DNA of 64,000 nucleotides from Pseudomonadota bacterium (GTDB lineage Bacteria; Pseudomonadota; Gammaproteobacteria; Ga0077536): NCBI GenBank assembly GCA_036339995.1, contig JAYYZW010000039.1, positions 35,852 to 99,851 of the forward strand, read 5' to 3'. Shown piece by piece: positions 57,881 to 64,000 of this stretch (position 1 is its first letter; each line of letters starts with the position of its first letter). The notes under the pieces were generated by a model. It saw only the letters and a program-made list of their open reading frames with translations, ran no database searches and was not told where the DNA came from. The position numbers and the translations under genes were made by a program.

Positions 57881-59227
57881 ATGAGCCCCAAGCTGAAAAG
57901 TCCTTACGTCGTCATCGGCGCGGGCATCCACGGGCTCAGCACGGCCTATCACCTCGCGTCGTCACTCAAGGCCAGCGGCCGCGGCAGTGGCGACGACATC
58001 CTCGTCATCGACAAAACCGGCATCGCTGCCGGCGCCTCCGGCATCGCCTGCGGCGTGATCCGCAACAACTATTTTCAGCCCGCAATGCGGGAATTGATGG
58101 CGCATAGCGTGGCCGTCTGGGAAACCGACGCGCAAGGCTTCAGCTACCATCCGGTCGGCTACATGCAGATCGCTCCCGAAAGCATGCGCGACGACGTCGG
58201 CACGATCGCCGATCAACAGCGCGAGATCGGATACGAATCCGTCTTCATCGAAGGCGCGTCCGCATCCGCGAAATACATGAAAGGCCTGTTCGACGATTGG
58301 CAGGCGCAGGGCATCACCTCGGTACTCCACGAAAAGAAAGGCGGCTATGCGAATAACAAGCCGAGCATCTACAAGCTCGCATCGAGGGCCCAGAGTCAGG
58401 GCGTTCGCATCGAGACCGGCGTCACGGTCACGGGATTTTCGACCATTCACGGTAGCGGTGGCGCGATACGCGGGGTTGAGACCGATCACGGCTTGATCGA
58501 GTGCGACTATGTGATCGTCGCGGTCGGACCGTGGATCAACCAGCTTTGGAAAATGCTCGACTTGCCCGCCACGATCACGATTAAGGGCACCGATGGCGTC
58601 CTAAATGAAAACGTCGGCATGTGGATATTCTGGTCGCTGCAGGAAGGCACGCTCGGCGTCGATCCCAATTATCAGATAACGAACGACGGCAGGATGCCGC
58701 CGGTCATTCACGTGGATAGCGATGCGCCGCTGTTGTCGGATGTCGACGGCTCAGTGATCACCGAACAGATGTGGGGTATTTATTACAAACCAGACGTAAA
58801 TTTTGGCGGCGTGCAAGGTGGTGCGGCGCCCGACAAGGTCGATACGCCGCCGGACGAGGTCAAGGTAGACCCTTACGGTCCGGAGTCGCCGGATTACGTC
58901 ATGGGAGACGAATTCGCGCGTCGCTGGTGTTCGGCGCTGGCGCATTGCCAGAAGCGTTTCGAGGGCAAGATCTCGATTTACAAGGATGAACCGTCCGGAG
59001 GCATCGGCTGCTTCACGCCCGACAGCTTCCCAGTGTTCGACGTGTTTCACGACAACTGCTACGTCATCGCCGATTCCAACCACGGCTACAAGATGATCGG
59101 CGTCGGCCAGCTGGTCGCGCAGGAGATCCTGGGAGAGACCTCGCGCCTGTTGGAGCCGTTCCGATTCTCTCGCTACATCGAAGGCCGCCTCCACCCGGTA
59201 TCGCACAGTCCGTTTCCGTGGAGTTGA
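57881..59227 (+). CDS. FAD-dependent amine/amino-acid oxidoreductase (DAO family, PuuB/sarcosine-oxidase-beta-like)
   Basis: 448 aa; dinucleotide motif VVIGAGIHGLSTAYHL. Confidence 0.8.
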   Translation: MSPKLKSPYVVIGAGIHGLSTAYHLASSLKASGRGSGDDILVIDKTGIAAGASGIACGVIRNNYFQPAMRELMAHSVAVWETDAQGFSYHPVGYMQIAPESMRDDVGTIADQQREIGYESVFIEGASASAKYMKGLFDDWQAQGITSVLHEKKGGYANNKPSIYKLASRAQSQGVRIETGVTVTGFSTIHGSGGAIRGVETDHGLIECDYVIVAVGPWINQLWKMLDLPATITIKGTDGVLNENVGMWIFWSLQEGTLGVDPNYQITNDGRMPPVIHVDSDAPLLSDVDGSVITEQMWGIYYKPDVNFGGVQGGAAPDKVDTPPDEVKVDPYGPESPDYVMGDEFARRWCSALAHCQKRFEGKISIYKDEPSGGIGCFTPDSFPVFDVFHDNCYVIADSNHGYKMIGVGQLVAQEILGETSRLLEPFRFSRYIEGRLHPVSHSPFPWS

Positions 59228-59291
59228 AGCAGGCGTGGATCCGACGGGTGGCATGAGTCACAACGAATAACGATAACTCTGCAAAGAGAAT

Positions 59292-60782
59292 ATGGGAAAA
59301 CCGCTAATGGCAACGGAAACCGATCTCGAAAAATATGTCCAAATGCCGGGCCGCGACGAACTGGTCGAGCAGGTCCGTGAGAAGATCGATGAACTCGGCA
59401 TACGCTATATCTATTACCAATTCATATCGGTCACGGGACGCATCGTCGGTAAGGGCATTCCGGCGGATCACTGGGAGCGCACCGCCGCGCGGGGCTTTCA
59501 GCTCGTATATGGTTCGACCGCAAACCTGTACGTCGATCGCCACGGCGAGTACATCGGATACGGGCCGGAAGCGATGGAACTCGTCGGCATCCCGGATCCC
59601 GAGACCTTTTGCCAGCTACCGTGGGACAAGCGGGTCGCCCGCGTGTTCTGCGTGTGTTTCCGCAACCGCGAGGAACGCGAAAATGCCGGTGCGAACCTGA
59701 GCTCTGACTGCCGCGGCAACCTCAAACGCTTTCACGCGGCGTTCAAGAAAAAATACGGCCTCGATTTCCGTGTCGGCACCGAGCCCGAGATGATGTGGCT
59801 CAAGCGCGGCGAAGACGGCATGCCCGACGGCGGGTTTTCCAAGCCCAACTGCTATCACATCGACCAGTTTGAATCGCTGCGCCCGATCTTCATGCGGGTC
59901 ATCGAATACTGCAACGCGATGGGGCTGGACATGATCCAGGGCGATCACGAAGACGCGCCCGGACAGCTCGAACTCAACTGGGCCTTTGACGATGTCGTGC
60001 GTAACGCCGACCGTCTCTCGACCTACCGCCAGATCTGCGCGCAGGTCGCGCGCGAGAACAATCTCATCGCGTGTTTCATGACCAAGCCGTTCATGGGCGT
60101 ATCGGCGTCCGGTTGTCATACCAATATTTCGCTGTGGCGCGGCGGCGCGGAGCAGGTCAATACGCTGCACAACGATCCCCTGCCCGGCATGGAGCAGGTG
60201 TTCACCTACCTCGCAGGCGGCGAGAACACCTTCATGCCCGACACCGACGATCCGCAGCTCCCCGGCAAGATCGGACTGCAGGCCGTGGGCGGCATCGTCA
60301 AGCACCTGGGTGCGCTGACTGCGATCGGTTGTTCGACGGTGAATTCCTACCGTCGCCTGTGGGATACCGGCTACTGGGCACCGGTGTTCGCCGACTGGGG
60401 GTTCCAGAACCGTACGACCGGCCTGCGCATCTCGGCGCCCGGCCGTTTCGAATACCGCGCGGTCGATTCGATGGTGAATCCCTATCTCATGGGCAGCGCC
60501 CTGCTCAAGGTTTTCGAAGACGGAATCGACAACGACATCGATCCGGGCGAGCCTGAAAACCGCAACATCTATCAGGCGATGGAGGCCGGTAAACAGGTGA
60601 AACGCCTGCCCATGTCCCTCGGCGAGGCCTTGCAGCGGCTCGATGAAGACGAGGTCATCAAGGCGTCCATGCCGGACGAAATGTACAAGGTCTTCAAGTG
60701 GTACAAGAACGACGAGTGGGAGAAGTTCATGGCCACCGTGACCGAATGGGATCTCGAAACTTATATCGATTGTCTACCGTAA
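59292..60782 (+). CDS. glutamine-synthetase-family gamma-glutamyl-amine ligase (GmaS/PuuA-like)
   Basis: 496 aa; GS catalytic-domain motifs (GTEPEMMW, NWAFDD, SGCHTNISLW, NSYRRL). Confidence 0.8.
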   Translation: MGKPLMATETDLEKYVQMPGRDELVEQVREKIDELGIRYIYYQFISVTGRIVGKGIPADHWERTAARGFQLVYGSTANLYVDRHGEYIGYGPEAMELVGIPDPETFCQLPWDKRVARVFCVCFRNREERENAGANLSSDCRGNLKRFHAAFKKKYGLDFRVGTEPEMMWLKRGEDGMPDGGFSKPNCYHIDQFESLRPIFMRVIEYCNAMGLDMIQGDHEDAPGQLELNWAFDDVVRNADRLSTYRQICAQVARENNLIACFMTKPFMGVSASGCHTNISLWRGGAEQVNTLHNDPLPGMEQVFTYLAGGENTFMPDTDDPQLPGKIGLQAVGGIVKHLGALTAIGCSTVNSYRRLWDTGYWAPVFADWGFQNRTTGLRISAPGRFEYRAVDSMVNPYLMGSALLKVFEDGIDNDIDPGEPENRNIYQAMEAGKQVKRLPMSLGEALQRLDEDEVIKASMPDEMYKVFKWYKNDEWEKFMATVTEWDLETYIDCLP

Positions 60783-60795
60783 AGAGGTTTTGGAC

Positions 60796-61734
60796 ATGTG
60801 TGGAATCGCGGGTCTCATTCATCGCGGGAAGCCAGACAATATCGGCGGGGAGATGACCGCGATGCTCCAGGCGCTGAAACATCGCGGGCCGGATTCGACC
60901 GGTTTCGCGCTCTACAGCAAGCCGCGCGAAGAGAAAAAATTCGTGATGCGCTTCAAGATCGCCGAAGGCGCCGAAGCGCGGAGCGGCTTCGCCATCGCCG
61001 GGCAGATGGAGGCGCGCAAATCCGATGTCGACAAGCGCCTCGAGGAGTTAGGCGCAACCATCGACAAGGCGTATTCGGTCGACGATTACGCTTTTCGCTA
61101 CGAGATTACCTTCGCGGGTGATCTGCGCCGCCTGACGGGCTACATCGAAGATATCGAGGCCGTGGAGATCCTGTCGCTCGGCCACGCGCTCGAACTGATC
61201 AAGGACCTCGGCGAAGCCACGGTTGTCTCTGAACAGTATTCACTGGGCAAGTTCACGGGCACCCACGCCCTCGGACACACGCGCATGGCGACTGAATCCG
61301 ACGTCGACATCCGCTCAGCGCATCCTTACTGGGGCTATCCGCTTTCCGACGTCGCGGTCGTCCATAACGGACAGTTGACCAATTACTGGTCGAAGCGCCG
61401 TGATCTCGAACGCCGCGGAAACCGCTTCATCTCGGACTGCGACTCCGAACTCATTGGTGTGTATATCGCCAACGCCATCGAAAACGGTGAGGATCTCGAA
61501 TCGGCCATGCGTCGTTCGATCGACGAGTTCGACGGCGTCTTTACTTACCTGATCGCGACCGGCGACCAACTGGGAATGGCGAAAGACACCATGGCCGCCA
61601 AGCCAATGGTGCTTTATGAAAGCGACGACTTAGTCGTCCTCGCATCGGAGGAAGTCGCGATCCGCAGTATTTTTCCCCACGAGATCGATACTTTCGATCC
61701 CTATGAAGGTGAGGTTCGCGTATGGCAAACCTAG
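60796..61734 (+). CDS. class-II glutamine amidotransferase-domain protein (MgsA/GlxB-like)
   Basis: N-terminal nucleophile MCGIAGLI (start taken at second ATG so Cys is residue 2). Confidence 0.75.
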   Translation: MCGIAGLIHRGKPDNIGGEMTAMLQALKHRGPDSTGFALYSKPREEKKFVMRFKIAEGAEARSGFAIAGQMEARKSDVDKRLEELGATIDKAYSVDDYAFRYEITFAGDLRRLTGYIEDIEAVEILSLGHALELIKDLGEATVVSEQYSLGKFTGTHALGHTRMATESDVDIRSAHPYWGYPLSDVAVVHNGQLTNYWSKRRDLERRGNRFISDCDSELIGVYIANAIENGEDLESAMRRSIDEFDGVFTYLIATGDQLGMAKDTMAAKPMVLYESDDLVVLASEEVAIRSIFPHEIDTFDPYEGEVRVWQT

Positions 61735-62564
61735 AAGAACACGGATCGCGCGACATGGGGATGCACACCGAGCGGCTGAAGGGCCGAACGCAGCAGGTTT
61801 TCTTCTCCGTACAGGAAGGCGAAAATCTGACGCAGCCCTTCACCTACGAGATCGATTTCGGGAAAGAAGCGGAATTCGACTCCAGGGACATGAGTACGCG
61901 CGAGATCAACCATAAAATCCGTGAACTCATGAAGGCTGGCCATGGCACGATCCGCATTCTCAATCCGGGCGCCAAACACAGCATCGCGGTCGGCATATTG
62001 AACCGCTTGAATCTCCACCTCGAAGGGAGCCTGGGCTATTTCGGACTCGGACTGCTCGATGGTCCCAACGTGCACGTCAAAGGCCGGGTCGGGTGGTCCT
62101 GCGCCGAGAACATGATGTCGGGGACGGTCCTGATCGAAAAGAACGCAGGCTCGACCTTCGGCGCGGCGATCCGCGGCGGCGATCTGGTGTGCAAGGGTAG
62201 CGTCGGAGCACGCACGGGCATCGATCAGAAAGGCGGCACCATCATCGTCGGCGGTGACACGGGTTCGTTCAGCGGATTCATGATGCAGCGCGGTCGCATG
62301 GTGATCCTCGGCAACGCCGGTGAGAACCTGGGCGACTCCATGTATGACGGCACGATCTTCGTCGGCGGCAGCATCAAGAGCCTGGGCGTGGATGCGGTCG
62401 CAGCGGAAATGACCGATCTCGACGTCGCCTGGCTGGATCGCAAACTCGGCTTATACGGTCTTGCGGCGCCCAACGGGACCCGCCAGATGACGAAGATCAG
62501 CTCGGGAAAGAAGCTCTGGAATTACGACAATCTGGAGCCGACCGAAAAGAAGCTCGTACTGTAA
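61722..62564 (+). CDS. GXGXG-domain protein (glutamate synthase alpha-subunit C-terminal domain-like; MgsB/GlxC-like)
   Basis: 280 aa with repeated Gly-rich beta-helix blocks (GKGSVGARTGIDQKGGTIIVGGDTGSFSGFMMQRGRMVILGNAGENLG). Confidence 0.75.
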   Translation: MANLEEHGSRDMGMHTERLKGRTQQVFFSVQEGENLTQPFTYEIDFGKEAEFDSRDMSTREINHKIRELMKAGHGTIRILNPGAKHSIAVGILNRLNLHLEGSLGYFGLGLLDGPNVHVKGRVGWSCAENMMSGTVLIEKNAGSTFGAAIRGGDLVCKGSVGARTGIDQKGGTIIVGGDTGSFSGFMMQRGRMVILGNAGENLGDSMYDGTIFVGGSIKSLGVDAVAAEMTDLDVAWLDRKLGLYGLAAPNGTRQMTKISSGKKLWNYDNLEPTEKKLVL

Positions 62565-62583
62565 GGATTTCGAGGAACCGCCA

Positions 62584-63924
62584 ATGGCCAGGTCAGACGA
62601 TGAAAAATACGTGTTGGGCACAAGTCCGATCTTCACGCCCGAGGTCATTAACGATATTCACGTAAAGTCGGAACTTGGCCGTTACCGCATGCGCGGTTTC
62701 TCGATGTTCAAGAAGGTCCCGGGCTGGGACGACCTGACGTTTCTTCCGGGAACCCTGACGCGTTTCGTGATCGAGGGCTATCGCGAAAAATGCGAAACGA
62801 AAACCGTCATTGGACCACGCGCCACGCGCCCGCTGGTGCTCGACATTCCGATCTACATCACCGGTATGAGTTTCGGTGCCCTGTCCTACGAGGCGAAAAC
62901 AGCGCTCGCCCGCGGCGCGACGATGGCGGGCACGGCCACCTGCTCGGGCGAGGGCGGCATGATGCCGGACGAACGGCGCTATTCGGAGAAGTGGTTTTAT
63001 CAATGCATCCAGTCGCGCTATGGGTTCAATCCGCAACACCTGCGGCTCGCGGACGGTTGCGAGTTTTTCATTGGACAGGGTTGTAAGGTCGGCTTGGGTG
63101 GCCACCTGATGGGCCAAAAGGTGACTGACCAGGTTGCCGAGATGCGATCCTTGCCCGCGGGGATCGACCAGCGTTCGCCCGCCCGGCATCCCGACTGGCT
63201 CGGACCCGATGACCTCACGCTGAAGATCGAGGAAATCCGGGAGGCCACCAACTGGGAGATCCCGATTCAACTCAAGCTCGGTGCCGCGCGCGTCTACGAC
63301 GACGTGCGCATGGCGGCCAAGACCGGTCCCGATTCGATCTACATCGACGGTATGGAAGGCAGCACCGGTGCCGGTCCACACCTCGCGGCTGAGGAGACCG
63401 GCGTGCCCGGTATCGCTGCGATCCGGCAGGCCCGGAAAGCATTGGACGACGTCGACAAGAGCGGCGACATCACTCTGGTCTACGCGGGCGGGATCCGTAA
63501 CGGCGCCGACGTGGCCAAGGCACTGGCGCTCGGCGCGGACGCTGTCGCCATCGGACACTCGGCGATGATGGCGCTCAACTGCAACAAGGACATCCCGGAA
63601 GCAGATTACGAGAAGGAGATCGGCGTCAAGGCGGGGTCATGCTACCACTGCCATACCGGCCGCTGCCCGGTCGGCGTTACGACCCAGGACCCGGTTTTAC
63701 GCAAGCGCCTCGATCCCGACGCCGCGGCCGAGCGGGTGTTCAATTTCCTCCATTGCCTCACGATCGAGTGCCAGATGATGGCGCGCGCCTGCGGCAAGAC
63801 CAACGTGCATTCGCTGGAGCCCGAGGATCTCGCGGCGCTCACGATGGAGGCATCGGCGATGGCGCAGGTACCTTTGGCGGGATCTCAGTACACCGTCGGG
63901 CGGCCGGACATGACGCGGTATTAA
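62584..63924 (+). CDS. FMN-dependent glutamate-synthase-domain protein (MgsC/GlxD-like)
   Basis: 446 aa; GltB FMN-binding/TIM-barrel domain with C-terminal 4-Cys cluster (CYHCHTGRCPVGV). Confidence 0.8.
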   Translation: MARSDDEKYVLGTSPIFTPEVINDIHVKSELGRYRMRGFSMFKKVPGWDDLTFLPGTLTRFVIEGYREKCETKTVIGPRATRPLVLDIPIYITGMSFGALSYEAKTALARGATMAGTATCSGEGGMMPDERRYSEKWFYQCIQSRYGFNPQHLRLADGCEFFIGQGCKVGLGGHLMGQKVTDQVAEMRSLPAGIDQRSPARHPDWLGPDDLTLKIEEIREATNWEIPIQLKLGAARVYDDVRMAAKTGPDSIYIDGMEGSTGAGPHLAAEETGVPGIAAIRQARKALDDVDKSGDITLVYAGGIRNGADVAKALALGADAVAIGHSAMMALNCNKDIPEADYEKEIGVKAGSCYHCHTGRCPVGVTTQDPVLRKRLDPDAAAERVFNFLHCLTIECQMMARACGKTNVHSLEPEDLAALTMEASAMAQVPLAGSQYTVGRPDMTRY

Positions 63925-63940
63925 GCGGGAGCATGCAATC

Positions 63941-64000
63941 ATGACCGACAACAAAGATATCGATCATTACCTCAAGTCAGACGGCGTCGACAGCGAGCGC
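63941..64000 (+). CDS. 5' end of unidentified ORF (MTDNKDIDHYLKSDGVDSER...), truncated by window
   Basis: ATG with GGGAG 10 nt upstream; too short to classify. Confidence 0.25.
   Translation, partial: MTDNKDIDHYLKSDGVDSER

Noticed and set aside
62593..63558. 321-aa minus-strand ORF antisense to the FMN glutamate-synthase-domain gene
   Set aside because: Shadow ORF in high-GC coding region.
1..64000. CRISPR arrays, rRNA, IS elements/transposases, prophage genes
   Set aside because: Scanned for short regularly spaced direct repeats, transposase/integrase-like ORFs and phage structural genes; none found. The repeats present are palindromic REP-like elements and isolated inverted repeats, not CRISPR.

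Overview
This is a 64 kb, high-GC (about 60%) proteobacterial chromosome segment, densely coding, with about 65 genes. The divergent dgkA–lexA arrangement suggests a gammaproteobacterium. No rRNA, CRISPR array, transposase or integrase is visible; one tRNA-Arg(CCU) is present. All functional calls rest on my own reading of motifs in the supplied ORF track plus some hand translation, with no database search.

From start to end:
- **Start of window:** psd (truncated at the edge), then copper chaperones PCuAC and SCO1, then pgi. A Ser/Thr-kinase N-terminal fragment sits in an otherwise gene-free 0.9 kb gap.
- **Small-molecule block:** a dienelactone hydrolase–SnoaL fusion, a sulfotransferase-like gene, two GSTs, and an amidohydrolase–hyuA–hyuB (hydantoinase/oxoprolinase-type) operon.
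- **Carbamoyltransferase trio:** a NodU/CmcH-type carbamoyltransferase, an SxtJ-like membrane protein and an unannotated 53-aa DUF5989-like micro-ORF. An SDR and an orphan FetB-like permease follow.
- **Amine and housekeeping genes:** a dimethylglycine-dehydrogenase-like flavoenzyme, a class-III aminotransferase, tRNA-Arg, glnS and dgkA.
- **SOS mutagenesis operon:** tandem LexA boxes in front of lexA–imuA–imuB, with no dnaE2. It abuts a 650 bp AT-rich junction that carries a near-consensus promoter with a palindromic operator-like site.
- **Putative sphingolipid island (about 14 kb):**
  - The core is a fatty-acyl-AMP ligase (acyl-ACP synthetase), a CerR-like reductase, ACP and a serine palmitoyltransferase, in the same order as the Caulobacter sphingolipid genes.
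  - Candidate head-group genes: a Tam41/Mmp37-like protein, a CDP-alcohol phosphatidyltransferase with an extra N-terminal domain, a metallophosphoesterase, a HIT protein, two nucleotidyltransferases and an LpxO-like hydroxylase.
  - A GNAT-like 391-aa candidate bacterial ceramide synthase.
  - Embedded lptF–lptG and a divergent OstA/LptA-like gene.
- **Duplicated three-gene module:** small protein, dimethylformamidase-large-subunit-like protein, second small protein, present twice in tandem.
- **End of window:** a mixed set of hydrolase, redox and transporter genes, then an FAD oxidase, a glutamine-synthetase-like gene and a three-part glutamate-synthase-like (MgsABC/GlxBCD-type) module.

Three copies of a REP-like palindromic element and two long inverted repeats lie in intergenic DNA.

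The two most novel-looking items are the sphingolipid island with a CDP-alcohol / nucleotidyltransferase head-group route and Lpt paralogs, and the duplicated DMFase-like three-gene cassette.
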